64,000 nt of DNA from Bacteroidota bacterium (GTDB taxonomy: Bacteria; Bacteroidota; Bacteroidia; UBA8524). The notes under the pieces are model-generated. The model saw only the letters and a program-made list of their open reading frames with translations. It was not told the origin of the DNA and ran no database searches. Where the stretch lies: assembly GCA_006226545.1 (NCBI GenBank), contig SBGR01000012.1, positions 38,156-102,155 of the forward strand. The letters run 5' to 3'. The position numbers and the translations under genes were made by a program. Positions 10,196-21,000 of this stretch are shown here, piece by piece. How positions within the stretch are numbered: position 1 is the first letter of the stretch; the number at the start of each line of letters is the position of its first letter.

Positions 10196-11383
10196 ATGTA
10201 CAACTGGCTGTTATCAAAAGTTAAAGGTGATACGGTGATCTGGACCATCGTAGTGCTACTCTCTGTGGGTGGCCTGCTGGCGGTATACAGCTCAACCGGT
10301 TCATTGGCCTTTAAACAACAGGGTGGTAATACCGAGTTCTACCTCCTGAAGCAGCTGGTCTTTATCCTTTTGGGTTTTGGGTTTATGTGGCTTTGTCACC
10401 TTTTAGACTACCGCTACTATTCCCGACTCTCTCAGTTGTTCTTGTATTTGTCTTATCCTCTGCTCCTCTATACCTTGTTGTTTGGGGTGGAGATCAACGA
10501 TGCCCGCCGGTGGATTGCCATACCGGGTACGGGCCTCACGTTCCAGACGTCCGACTTAGCCAAGCTCGCGCTTATTATGTACGTAGCGAGGTTCTTGTCG
10601 AAACGCCAGGAAAACATCAAAGACTTCAAAGGTGCCTTTTTACCGATATTGATTTCGGTATCCGTTATCTGTGTTCTGATAGCGCCGGCTAACCTTTCTA
10701 CAGCCTTAGTTATCTTTTCTACTTGTTTGCTTCTGATGTTCATCGGACGTATTCCGATTAAGTATATCCTTGCCGTGGTGGCAGCAGGTGTGGTAACCTT
10801 TGCTTTAGCCGCTTCGCTGGTATTTAATATGCCGGATGAGAAACTGGAAAACATCGCGCGTTTGCGCACTTGGAAAGCACGTATTGAAAACTTCATGGCT
10901 GATAATCCGGAAACGGGTGGAGGTAATTTTCAGAACGTACAAGCCAAGATTGCCATTGCAGGCGGTGGCTTAACAGGAAAAGGTCCGGGTAATAGCACCC
11001 AACGTAATTTCTTGCCTTCACCTTATGCGGATTTCATCTTCGCTATCATCTTGGAAGAATACGGGCTGATGGGAGGCGTAGCGCTTATTTTCCTGTATTT
11101 GCTTTTACTCTTCCGATCGATACGGATTGTGATAAAGAGTCCGAAAGCCTTTGGCGCCCTGCTGGCCGTCGGACTGAGTTTCAGCCTGGTAATCCAGGCA
11201 TTCATCAACATGGGCGTAGCGGTCAATATTTTCCCTGTTACCGGATTGGCTTTGCCGCTGGTGAGCATGGGGGGTACGTCTACCATCTTTACCAGTTTAG
11301 CCTTCGGTATCATTCTTAGTGTAAGCCGAACGATTGAGCAAGAGGGTGGTGAGGTAAATGAAAGTGAGGTGGCCCATGCGTAA
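10196..11383 (+). CDS. ftsW: peptidoglycan glycosyltransferase FtsW (SEDS family)
   Basis: 395 aa with ~10 TM segments and SEDS motifs (…IPGTGLTFQTSDLAKL…, SMGGTS). Positioned between murD and murG. Confidence 0.88.
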   Translation: MYNWLLSKVKGDTVIWTIVVLLSVGGLLAVYSSTGSLAFKQQGGNTEFYLLKQLVFILLGFGFMWLCHLLDYRYYSRLSQLFLYLSYPLLLYTLLFGVEINDARRWIAIPGTGLTFQTSDLAKLALIMYVARFLSKRQENIKDFKGAFLPILISVSVICVLIAPANLSTALVIFSTCLLLMFIGRIPIKYILAVVAAGVVTFALAASLVFNMPDEKLENIARLRTWKARIENFMADNPETGGGNFQNVQAKIAIAGGGLTGKGPGNSTQRNFLPSPYADFIFAIILEEYGLMGGVALIFLYLLLLFRSIRIVIKSPKAFGALLAVGLSFSLVIQAFINMGVAVNIFPVTGLALPLVSMGGTSTIFTSLAFGIILSVSRTIEQEGGEVNESEVAHA

Positions 11384-12455
11384 AGTGATTATTTCTGGAG
11401 GAGGTACCGGCGGACATATTTTCCCGGCTGTAGCGATAGCCAATGAGATAAAGTCGCGCTACCCGGATTGTGAGATTCTCTTCATCGGAGCGAAAGGCCG
11501 CATGGAGATGCAGAAAGTGCCGCAGGCCGGATACCAAATCGAAGGATTGGATATTGCCGGATTGCAGCGCAAGCTAGATCCGAAGAATTTGTTGTTGCCG
11601 TTTAAGGTGATTAAAAGTTTGCTTCAAGCGAGAAGTATCATCAAGCGATTTAAACCTGAGGTGGCTGTGGGGGTTGGAGGTTATGCTTCAGCGCCTATGT
11701 TGTTCATGGCTCAGATGGCGGGCATCCCGACACTGATTCAAGAGCAGAACAGTTTTGCCGGTTTAACAAACCGCATCCTCGCTAAACGTGCGAAAAAGAT
11801 TTGTGTTGCCTATCCAAATATGGATCAGGTATTCCAGGCAGAGAAGATTGTTTTAACCGGGAATCCGGTAAGAAAAGACATCGCTTCCGGTCAAGCCAGT
11901 AGAGAAGAAGCATTGAAGTTCTTTGGCTTGGAAAGCGATAAGCCGGTGCTTTTAGCGATAGGCGGAAGTCTGGGGGCTAGAACCATCAATACTGCCTTGA
12001 AAGAAGGCGCAGAACAAGTTTCCAAGGCGGGTATTCAGCTGCTTTGGCAATGTGGTAAATCGGCTTACCCGAATTTGAAAGACATCAACCAAGGTGGTAT
12101 TCAGGTACATGAGTTTATCCAAAGAATGGACCTGGCTTATGCAGCTGCGGATGTGGTGATTTCCAGGGCCGGTGCTTTATCGGTTAGTGAGCTTTGTTTG
12201 GTTGCGAAGCCTTCCATCTTGGTGCCATCGCCACACGTGGCAGAAGACCACCAAACCAAGAATGCCAAAGTATTGGCCGATGCCGGCGCCGCTATTCTTG
12301 TGAAGGACAGCGAGGCAGGTCAGATCTTGGTAGATGAAGCTATTAGCCTGACCAAACGCGCCGATTTGAAAACGAAACTAAGTAATGCCGTCCGGGGATT
12401 AGCGTATCCTGAGGCTGATAAAAAGATTGTAGACTGTTTAGAAGGTTTGCTATGA
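11376..12455 (+). CDS. murG: undecaprenyldiphospho-muramoylpentapeptide beta-N-acetylglucosaminyltransferase MurG
   Basis: Contains ISGGGTGGHIFPA (the MurG G-loop). The track ORF begins at ATG 11358, but the second ATG at 11376 gives the usual short N-terminus (MRKVIISGGGTGGH). Either start overlaps the ftsW end. Confidence 0.88.
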   Translation: MRKVIISGGGTGGHIFPAVAIANEIKSRYPDCEILFIGAKGRMEMQKVPQAGYQIEGLDIAGLQRKLDPKNLLLPFKVIKSLLQARSIIKRFKPEVAVGVGGYASAPMLFMAQMAGIPTLIQEQNSFAGLTNRILAKRAKKICVAYPNMDQVFQAEKIVLTGNPVRKDIASGQASREEALKFFGLESDKPVLLAIGGSLGARTINTALKEGAEQVSKAGIQLLWQCGKSAYPNLKDINQGGIQVHEFIQRMDLAYAAADVVISRAGALSVSELCLVAKPSILVPSPHVAEDHQTKNAKVLADAGAAILVKDSEAGQILVDEAISLTKRADLKTKLSNAVRGLAYPEADKKIVDCLEGLL

Positions 12456-13810
12456 TAGCTGCGAAACTGAAAGAAGTGTATTTCCTTGGTATTGGAGGCA
12501 TTGGCATGAGCGCCATTGCACGGTATTTCCATGCCCAGGGCATTCGCGTTTCGGGTTACGACAAAACGCCTTCTCCCTTAACCGACGCGCTGATTGCCTC
12601 AGGTATGAAAGTCAGCTTTGATGAATCGGTAGAGGCCTTGCCTGAATCAGTTAAACAAGCTAGCGATGAGGTGCTGCTGGTGTATACACCTGCCATTCCG
12701 GCACAGCACGCGCAGAAAAAGTATTTTGAAGCGCAAGGACGTCGCTTATACAAACGTTCTGAAGTGCTGGGGTTAATTACCCAAAGCAATCCAACTTTGG
12801 CTGTTGCCGGCACACATGGCAAAACAACCACTTCCACCTTGCTTACCCATTTGATGGTGAAGGCAGGTGTAGATTCCACTGCTTTCTTGGGTGGTATCGC
12901 CGTGAATTACGGTAGCAATTATATCCAAGCGAATAACCCGGCTACTGCGCCTGTGATTGTAGAAGCCGATGAATACGATCGCTCTTTCTTAACGCTGCAT
13001 CCCCACATGGCCCTCATCAGTTCCATGGATGCGGATCACTTAGACATCTACGGCGAAAGCAGTGCCTTTGAAGAAGGCTTCAGGCAGTTTGCTTCGCAAG
13101 TGAAAGGGAAGCTTTTTGTAAGGGAAGGTTTAAATCCAGGCAGAACCGATTTCTATACCTACGGAATTAGCGAAACGGCTGATTACTGTGCACTGAACGT
13201 GCGCATTGAAAACGGTGCCTACGTCTTTGATTTGAAGACGCCGGTACAGTTAATTGAAAACCTGAGCTGCGGATTACCTGGAAGGCATAATGTTGAGAAT
13301 GCAGTGGGCGCTTCGGCAATCGCTTTGGAATACGGCATTACGCCGGAACAGCTAAGAGAAGCACTAGCTTCTTACCGAGGTGTGAAGCGAAGGTTTGAGT
13401 ATATCGTTAAAGAAACCGGTAAGGTGTATATCGATGATTATGCTCATCACCCAACTGAGCTTTCTGCCTTTATACAGTCGGCAAAAGAACTCTTTCCAAA
13501 TAAGCCATTGCTGGGCGTGTTTCAGCCGCACTTGTTTACCCGCACCCGCGATTTTATGGAGGGCTTTGCGGAGAGCTTGAGTATGTTGGATACGCTGGTT
13601 TTGATGGACATCTACCCGGCCAGGGAAGAACCCATTGAAGGGATAAACTCATCGGCTTTGCTGGCCCAAGTGAGCATAGCGGATAAGCACTTATTGCCAA
13701 AAGAAGCCATTGTTGATTTTGTAAAAGAAAGAAATCCGGAAATACTCCTAACCATGGGAGCCGGTGATATAGATAGGCTTGTGCCTCAATTGAAGGAGGT
13801 GATGCAATGA
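12452..13810 (+). CDS. murC: UDP-N-acetylmuramate--L-alanine ligase MurC
   Basis: 452 aa with FLGIGGIGMSAIARY (MurC N-terminal) and P-loop GTHGKTTTS. Start overlaps the murG stop (ATGA). Confidence 0.9.
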   Translation: MIAAKLKEVYFLGIGGIGMSAIARYFHAQGIRVSGYDKTPSPLTDALIASGMKVSFDESVEALPESVKQASDEVLLVYTPAIPAQHAQKKYFEAQGRRLYKRSEVLGLITQSNPTLAVAGTHGKTTTSTLLTHLMVKAGVDSTAFLGGIAVNYGSNYIQANNPATAPVIVEADEYDRSFLTLHPHMALISSMDADHLDIYGESSAFEEGFRQFASQVKGKLFVREGLNPGRTDFYTYGISETADYCALNVRIENGAYVFDLKTPVQLIENLSCGLPGRHNVENAVGASAIALEYGITPEQLREALASYRGVKRRFEYIVKETGKVYIDDYAHHPTELSAFIQSAKELFPNKPLLGVFQPHLFTRTRDFMEGFAESLSMLDTLVLMDIYPAREEPIEGINSSALLAQVSIADKHLLPKEAIVDFVKERNPEILLTMGAGDIDRLVPQLKEVMQ

Positions 13811-14583
13811 AGAAATGGTCGATGGTGAAATTGGCGCATCTGATTTTCTGGAGCTTGGCAATTCTAGGTCTTGTCTTAAGCATGGCCTACGTGTCGGGTG
13901 AGGAAAAAGCGCAGCAATGCAGAGATGTGGAGATTCGGATAATGCCGGAGTTGGAAACACATTTTGCAGACCGCGATGATGTGGCTAAGCTGATCAATGG
14001 AAGTGGCAATATGGCGGCCTTGGTGGGCAAGCCTATGCGTACTTTAGACGTTAGCGATATTGAGCGAAACTTGGAAACGAGTCCGTATATACGCAATGCC
14101 GAAGTTTTTGCTGACCTGGATGGTTCGCTCCGGATTGAAGTAGAGCAGAAGAAGCCAATTTTGCGGGTGTTTATGCAACACTCCAAAGGGTTCTATATTG
14201 ATGCGGATGGACATAAGATGCCTTTGTCTACCAAGTACTCTGCTAGGGTACTTACGGTTACCGGTCACGTGAAGGAGGTTTACGGACAAACGGATTCGCT
14301 CAAGATGGATCAGACCGAAGATCTGTATCGCTTGGCACTGTTTATTTCGGAAGACGATTTTTGGAGCAAACAGATCCAAGGAATCTACATTCGGCAAAAT
14401 GGCGATTTCGAGTTATTGCCCTTGGTGGGTGATCAAATTATCCTTTTCGGTGGTGTAGATCGAATGGAAGAAAAGTTTAAAAATCTGTGGTTGTTCTACC
14501 GCAAGGCCATGAACCTGGTAGGGTGGGACACCTATAAAGTGATTAATTTAAAGTACAGTGGTCAGGTAGTGTGCGAAAAATGA
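13807..14583 (+). CDS. ftsQ: cell division protein FtsQ (POTRA-containing)
   Basis: 258 aa with a single N-terminal TM helix (LAHLIFWSLAILGLVLSMAYV) and a periplasmic POTRA-like region. Positioned between murC and ftsA. Start overlaps the murC stop. Confidence 0.75.
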   Translation: MKKWSMVKLAHLIFWSLAILGLVLSMAYVSGEEKAQQCRDVEIRIMPELETHFADRDDVAKLINGSGNMAALVGKPMRTLDVSDIERNLETSPYIRNAEVFADLDGSLRIEVEQKKPILRVFMQHSKGFYIDADGHKMPLSTKYSARVLTVTGHVKEVYGQTDSLKMDQTEDLYRLALFISEDDFWSKQIQGIYIRQNGDFELLPLVGDQIILFGGVDRMEEKFKNLWLFYRKAMNLVGWDTYKVINLKYSGQVVCEK

Positions 14584-14623
14584 GTAAAACTGCTTGACTT
14601 AAACAAGTATTATTGAGATAGGT

Positions 14624-15958
14624 ATGCAAAACGGGAAAATCATCGTAGGCCTCGACATCGGTACCACCAAGGTATGTGCAATCGTAGGTCGCTACAACGA
14701 ATTTGGAAAGGTAGACGTGCTGGGCATGGGCCGCGCGGATTCTCATGGGGTTTCCCGTGGGGTAGTGGCGAACATTGCCAAGACCGTTGAGGCCATCAAC
14801 AAGGCAGTGGAAGAAGCTGCTGAAAAGTCGAGCGTTGACATCGCTAGAGTGCATGTTGGAATAGCCGGACAGCATATCCGCAGCCTTCAGCACCGAGGTA
14901 TCATTGCCCGCAGCGATGTGGATAACGAGATTAATCAGTCGGATTTGGACAAATTGGAAGCAGACATGCACAAATTGGCCATTGCCCCGGGTGATGAAAT
15001 TTTGCACGTTTTGCCGCAAGAATATACCGTAGACAATGAGCCGGGTATCAAAGACCCAATCGGCATGAGCGGAATCCGTTTGGAAGGAAACTTCCATGTG
15101 ATTACAGCTTCCATGGCGGCGGCTAAAAACATTTATAAATGTGTTACTCAAGGCGGACTAGAAGTAGAAGACCTGATCTTAGAACCTTTGGCTTCGGCTG
15201 ATGCGGTTTTGAGTCAGGAGGAAATGGAAGCCGGTGTTGCTTTGGTTGACATAGGTGGTGGTACCACAGACATTGCCATTTTCCACGAAGGCATCATTCG
15301 CCATACTGCCGTTATCCCGTACGGTGGTAATGTGATTACAGATGACATCAAAGAAGGATGCAATGTGCTGCGTGACCATGCCGAACTCTTGAAAGTGAAA
15401 TTTGGTTCTGCCTTGGCAGATGAAACCAAGCCAAATGAGATTATCACCATTCCGGGTTTGCGTGGAAGAGAGCCAAAAGAAATCAAAGTGCGCACCTTAG
15501 CGAATATCATCCAAGCTAGGGTAGAAGAGATCTTTGAACTGGTTTACTGTGAGATCAAAAACTCCGGATTGGAGAAAAAGTTAATAGGTGGTATTGTAAT
15601 CACCGGTGGTGGTGCTCAACTGAAGCACGTTACTCACTTGGTAGAATACATTACCGGACTGGATGCACGTATCGGTTACCCGAACGAGCATTTAGCGAAA
15701 GGCATGGTTGAAGAAGTGAAGAGCCCGATGTATGCAACAGCCATTGGTTTGTTGATGAAAGGGTTGAAAGCAACCGATAAGCCGAATAAGTTTAATGGTA
15801 CTAGCAGTAACTCAGTCGGACGTGGTAAGTCGGCTGAGGACACTCGCTTGGACCGTGATGAGAAAATGAAACAAGAGTCGAGCAATTACCTGAGCAAACT
15901 CAAAAGCAAGTTTGATACATGGTTGCGTAGCGATTCAGATTTTGAAGACTATAATTAA
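14624..15958 (+). CDS. ftsA: cell division protein FtsA (actin-like ATPase)
   Basis: MQNGKIIVGLDIGTTKVCAIVG (phosphate-1 motif) and VDIGGGTTDIAIF (phosphate-2). 444 aa. Confidence 0.92.
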   Translation: MQNGKIIVGLDIGTTKVCAIVGRYNEFGKVDVLGMGRADSHGVSRGVVANIAKTVEAINKAVEEAAEKSSVDIARVHVGIAGQHIRSLQHRGIIARSDVDNEINQSDLDKLEADMHKLAIAPGDEILHVLPQEYTVDNEPGIKDPIGMSGIRLEGNFHVITASMAAAKNIYKCVTQGGLEVEDLILEPLASADAVLSQEEMEAGVALVDIGGGTTDIAIFHEGIIRHTAVIPYGGNVITDDIKEGCNVLRDHAELLKVKFGSALADETKPNEIITIPGLRGREPKEIKVRTLANIIQARVEEIFELVYCEIKNSGLEKKLIGGIVITGGGAQLKHVTHLVEYITGLDARIGYPNEHLAKGMVEEVKSPMYATAIGLLMKGLKATDKPNKFNGTSSNSVGRGKSAEDTRLDRDEKMKQESSNYLSKLKSKFDTWLRSDSDFEDYN

Positions 15959-15973
15959 TTAAAGACCCATAGT

Positions 15974-17398
15974 ATGAGCAGAGAACCTAAATTTATCGTC
16001 GACCTGCCTAAAGACCGTTCCTCTATTATTAAGGTAATCGGTGTAGGTGGTGGCGGAAGCAATGCGGTGAACCACATGTTCCGTCAAGGTATTGCCGGTG
16101 TCGACTTCTTCGTATGCAATACCGATGGTCAGGCTCTGGATTTATCTCCGGTGCCGAATAAGATTGCCATAGGCAGTAACTTAACAGAAGGACTTGGAGC
16201 GGGCAGCGAACCGGAAATCGGTAAGAAAGCCGCTTTAGAAAGTATAGAAGACATCATCGACAGATTGGGTGTGAACACCAAAATGTTGTTTGTAACAGCA
16301 GGTCTTGGTGGTGGTACCGGAACGGGTGCTGCACCGGTGGTAGCTAAAACAGCAAAGGAACTTGGCATTCTGACTGTAGCCATCGTTACTACGCCTTTTG
16401 GCTTTGAAGGAAAGAAAAGGATAGATCAAGCGATGAACGGATTGGAAGAAATCCGCCGTTGCGTTGATGCCTTATTGATTATCTCCAACGATAAGTTGAA
16501 AGAGATGTACGGCAATCTATCGCTAAGCAATGCATTTAACCATGCAGATAACGTCTTGACCATTGCGGCCAAGGGTATCGCTGAGATCATTACTTTAAAA
16601 GGTATAATGAACGTCGATTTTGCCGACGTGAAAACAGCCATGACCGATAGCGGTGTTGCTATCATGGGTAGTGGAATGGCAGAAGGAGAAGATCGTGCTA
16701 TCAAAGCAGCAAGAATGGCATTGGAATCGCCTTTGCTCGACGAGAACCAAATTCGCGGTGCGAAGAATATCCTTTTGAACATTACGTATGGCTCTGAAGA
16801 AATCTTGATGGAAGAAGCAGCTCGCATCAACGAGTTCTTCCAGGAAGAGGCAGGCATGACAGCGAACTTGAAGTGGGGCTACTGCAAAGATGAATCGTTA
16901 GGTAAAAAGCTTTCGGTTACGATTATCGCTACAGGTTTTGAGGCGAGAGAAAATACCTTACGTACTCCGGAGATGGATGCGATTAAGTTTCCATTGAAAG
17001 AGGAACAAGCAGAGGAAATAGAAGATACTGTTGCTCCTGAGCCAAATGTCCAGCCTAGACTCTTTGATGAGACGGAGATGGCCAAGCGCGAAGAAGAGCG
17101 TCACCATAAGATTTTGGAGGAGCGTATCGCGCAAGAAGAACAAGAGCTTGAAGCAGATCGTATTCGAAGAATCAAAGAACGCATGCAGCAATTGCGTAAT
17201 ATCTCCAGTATTTACAATACTGCTGAAGGCGTAAATGAGCTTCATGATCAGCCGGCTTACCAGCGTAGAAACGTGAAGTTGGATGAGCCTACACCCTCAG
17301 ATGAAAGTGGTGTGAGCAAATACTCTCTCTTTGAAGACGAGGAGAAGAAGCCGGAGATTCGGAAGAATAACTCCTTTTTCCATGATAATGTGGATTAG
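15974..17398 (+). CDS. ftsZ: cell division GTPase FtsZ with a long charged C-terminal linker
   Basis: GVGGGGSNAVN and the tubulin signature GGGTGTGAAP. The long E/R-rich C-terminal region is typical of Bacteroidota FtsZ. Confidence 0.95.
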   Translation: MSREPKFIVDLPKDRSSIIKVIGVGGGGSNAVNHMFRQGIAGVDFFVCNTDGQALDLSPVPNKIAIGSNLTEGLGAGSEPEIGKKAALESIEDIIDRLGVNTKMLFVTAGLGGGTGTGAAPVVAKTAKELGILTVAIVTTPFGFEGKKRIDQAMNGLEEIRRCVDALLIISNDKLKEMYGNLSLSNAFNHADNVLTIAAKGIAEIITLKGIMNVDFADVKTAMTDSGVAIMGSGMAEGEDRAIKAARMALESPLLDENQIRGAKNILLNITYGSEEILMEEAARINEFFQEEAGMTANLKWGYCKDESLGKKLSVTIIATGFEARENTLRTPEMDAIKFPLKEEQAEEIEDTVAPEPNVQPRLFDETEMAKREEERHHKILEERIAQEEQELEADRIRRIKERMQQLRNISSIYNTAEGVNELHDQPAYQRRNVKLDEPTPSDESGVSKYSLFEDEEKKPEIRKNNSFFHDNVD

Positions 17399-17694
17399 CC
17401 TTGTGAATTATACGTCATTCTCTATTGATTAGACGTCAACTATTTTTCTAATAATATTGCATAAAGAGCTGTTAATCAATGATTAATGGCTCTTTTGGTA
17501 AATAGGTATTTGTAACTATAAATTTAGTAGTTATGGTTTAGCGATTGTTATTTCTAAACTTTGGAATACGGAATGTAGAATTGTGCTTTCCGTCATGAAG
17601 ATTGGACTTACAGTTTGATTTTTATGCTGCACATGTATCTCTACAGGATGTAGATTTGGTTTGATAAGTCCCTTTCAGGGATACGTTCTTTATG

Positions 17695-17724
17695 AACCCC
17701 GTCCACATAGGCGGGGTTTTTTTG
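17695..17724 (+). terminator. rho-independent terminator ~300 nt downstream of the ftsZ stop
   Basis: aaCCCCGtccacataggCGGGGttttttt. Confidence 0.6.
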
Positions 17725-17938
17725 TTTCTAGACACTCACCATTAATCTTTACCTATAATACTAGTTTTAATATTGAGTTTAGGAATGACTTAAAGGCCAG
17801 ATATACAATGGGTTATGAGTGAATGGTAGATTTGAACTTGTAAGTGTAAAAAGCTGTAAATCAGTACTATAAAGAACTAATCGATAAATGAGGGTAGATA
17901 ACTATGCTGTTTTATAGGAAATGTAAAAAAGTTACACA

Positions 17939-17946
17939 TAAATTTG
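17939..17946 (+). promoter_or_regulatory. candidate Bacteroidota sigma-A -7 element (TAnnTTTG consensus) upstream of giant gene A
   Basis: TAAATTTG lies ~150 nt upstream of ATG 18095. No convincing -33 TTG was found. The consensus is taken from established Bacteroides promoter studies. Weak. Confidence 0.2.
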
Positions 17947-18094
17947 AGTTTATCTCAAGCCAGAGAGACTCTTCGAAAATTGAATGTGCTTTGCTTATTC
18001 CTAGGAATTTGGGAGGCATGGTGTTCTGAATTTTATTTACGCGCAAGGCTTCGAAGTCTTTTTGGTTTGTGTAAACCCCAATCACAAATCGAAA

Positions 18095-21000
18095 ATGAAA
18101 GTACAACAACGAAGACTATCTTTTCTCAAACAATTAAAGCTGCACCACATTTGGTTGCTGGCTGTATTAATTGTTAATCCGGTTCTGCTGCATGGGCAGA
18201 ATTACTGTGTGCCTACCGTGGTCAATCAAGCCAATTACAACCTCGGTATTGCCAATGTATCCCTAGGGAGTATTTCCAATAATACTGGAACTCCAAATCC
18301 TAACAATTATTATGTTGATTATTCTCAGACGCACATTACAACTGCGAATCCGGGTGCATTTATCAACTACACCTTAACAGCGGGTAATTCAAACAATACC
18401 CGTTTTTCCATTTTTGTCGACTGGAACCAGGATGGCACTTTTGGCGTTGGTAACTCAGAGCAGGTTATGCTCTCAGGAACAATCAATCCCAATCAGAGTA
18501 CCTCGGGTTCTTTTCAGGTTCCTGTTTCACAAACAGCAGGAGTTTACCGCATTAGAATTGTGGGCGACTTGGGTAGTCAGACGATCAATCCGTGTGTATT
18601 GAATTATACCGGTGACATTGAAGACTATACCTTAATCGTAACTTCTCCGGCTGTAGACATAGTTGGTGTAAGTTCACCTACGGTTCCATCTTTAGGAAAC
18701 GCGGCCGTTGAGTTAAAGGTGGCGAACATTTCAAATGGTACTGTAATTAATACCTATGAAATTGGGTATCGTTTGGACAATGGTACACCGGTAACTGAGA
18801 ACTTGAACACGCAGAACTTGGCTCCTGCTTCTTTGAGGGATCATACCTTCGGTACTTTATTAAACATTACAACTCCGGGTACTTATACTTTAAAGGTATG
18901 GGCAAGAAACCCGAATGGCTTAGGTTCAGGTACTGCATCAAATGATACGGTATACAAAACCTTTAAGTTGTGCTATCCAATCAGTGGTAATTTCACCATT
19001 AACCCAAATGGGGTTGGCCCAAATAACTTCACCTCATTTACAGATGCGGTGAACCAAATTGTGGATTGTGGTATCAATGGTCCGGTACACTTCGCTGTTG
19101 CTGCCGGAACTTACAATGAGCAAATCACAATTCCATTTATCAATGGTTCTTCTGCAACGAATACAGTAACCTTTGATGGTGGAGCCGGAAATTACCTAAC
19201 GCGTGTATTGTCTTTCAATACGGTTGATATTAACAACAGACACGTTGTGCGTATTGATGGGGCGGCTTATGTTAGCTTCAGAAACTTAAGTATCAGATCA
19301 ACAGGTGCCAGCTACGGATGGCCAGTTCACATTAAAGCGAACTCGCAACATGTCACTTTCGCTCGAAATCTGATTCAATCTGCCGATTACAATACAAGCA
19401 CAGGTAGCACGAACTTTATTCCTGTATGTATCTCAGGCTCTAATACATCGTATTCAAGTCCAGCCTCAAACACCAACAATGTTCGTATCGATAGTAATAT
19501 CATCCAAGGAGGTTATTTCAACTTTACCATGTGGGGTGGTGGAACTAGCACCAATAACTACGATATCTGGGTGAGAAGAAACATCCATGAAGCATTTTAC
19601 TACTATGGTTTATATGCGGTAAACTTGAGTAATATCCATATTCAGTGGAACCAATTCACTCAACGGGCAACCACTACTACAGGCGGATACGGTATTAGCC
19701 TATCAAGCATTAACTCTTCAGGTAACTTGATTACAGAGATTGAAGGAAACGACATTAGACGTAGCCATCAATACGGTATCTACCTTTCAAGTGTAAACAA
19801 CAATGGACAACGTGGAAAGTTGATTAACAACATGGCGGGTGCCGGTGCGGTTAGCACAGCTGCTATTACATGTTACATGACAAGCTCAAGCAACTTCGAC
19901 GTTTGGCACAATACCTTTGTCAACCCATCTGCAACAACAGGTACTAACAATGCTGCTTTGTATATCAATAGCAGTAACAATGCTTCGGTATTAAACAATA
20001 TCTTTAATCCAAGTTCAGTTGGTTCTTCAGCGTATGCCGTGTATGCAACGAGTACAACGCAATTTGCAGCCTTTGATTACAATAACTTCTACAAAGAGGG
20101 GTCAGATGTAAGTACTCCATTAATTTGGATGAACAACGTATTGCTTAATGCAAAATCGCTTGTTGGTGCTTCCGGATTTAACGTAAACAGTATTTCCGAG
20201 TCTCCATTGTTTATCTCCAATACAAACTACAGACTGAGCGCCAATGGTCAATCACCATTTGGTTCAGGAAACCTTGGCTTAACGGAAGACATCGATGGTG
20301 ACGTTAGATGTACTTTATTCCCATCTATTGGTGCGGATGAGTCGCCGTTTTCTGTTGCAAACCAGCCGAACATCATCATGCCGGATACGGTTTATGTTAA
20401 TTCACCAACCCCAATCTATAACTCGGCTAGCGCAGGTGAAGCGAAAAACCACGTTTGGACAATCAACGGTGGTGCCGCTGTATTTAATTCAGTGCACGTC
20501 AACTATACTTTCAATCTAGTTGGACTTTATGATGTTAAGTTAAGCACGGAGTCATGCTCCGGTACAGATACCGCATACAAGCAAGTGGTTGCTGTGGTTC
20601 CAACTCAGGCCCCTGTTTCTGCTTTCTTGGCAGATCAGAACGAAGCGGATCAAGGTTACCCTGTTCAATTCACGGATCAGAGCACCGGCGGTCCTTCTAG
20701 CTGGGTTTGGTCTATTACTCCGGCTACCGGCGTACAATTCTTAGGTTCTTCTAACGACCAAAATCCTAGCGTTGTTTTCAACCAAGTAGGTGAGTATGAA
20801 GTTTGTTTAATCGCTTCAAATATTGCTGGTCAGGGCAACCAACTTTGCCGCACCGCTTATATCCGTGTGGGTGAAGCCAATAATATGTGCGACCAAAAGA
20901 CGGTAAGTAAATCGCCTACAGGTAAGATCTTTGATACAGGCGGACGTAATGGCGACTATGCTAACGGAAGCAACTGTGGATTTTTGATCGATCCTTGTGC

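Noticed and set aside
14543-15151. 202-aa minus-strand ORF spanning the ftsQ-ftsA junction, and 223-aa minus ORF 3033-3704 antisense to rsmH
   Set aside because: Antisense to highly conserved dcw genes whose identity is unambiguous. Long antisense ORFs are common in GC-balanced coding DNA.
18062-18094. Track start of giant gene A at 18062
   Set aside because: Codon 18062 is TTG. The first ATG (18095) is followed by a textbook signal peptide (K/R-rich n-region, hydrophobic core, cleavage before QN), so 18095 is preferred. The same logic was applied to 1293->1311, 2273->2288, 37127->37130, 50037->50088, 58946->58994 and 62549->62486.
17944-18177. 77-aa ORF overlapping the 5' end of giant gene A in another frame
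   Set aside because: It overlaps the signal-peptide-encoding start of gene A and its likely 5'UTR. There is no RBS-like context, and it is inside a long leader region.
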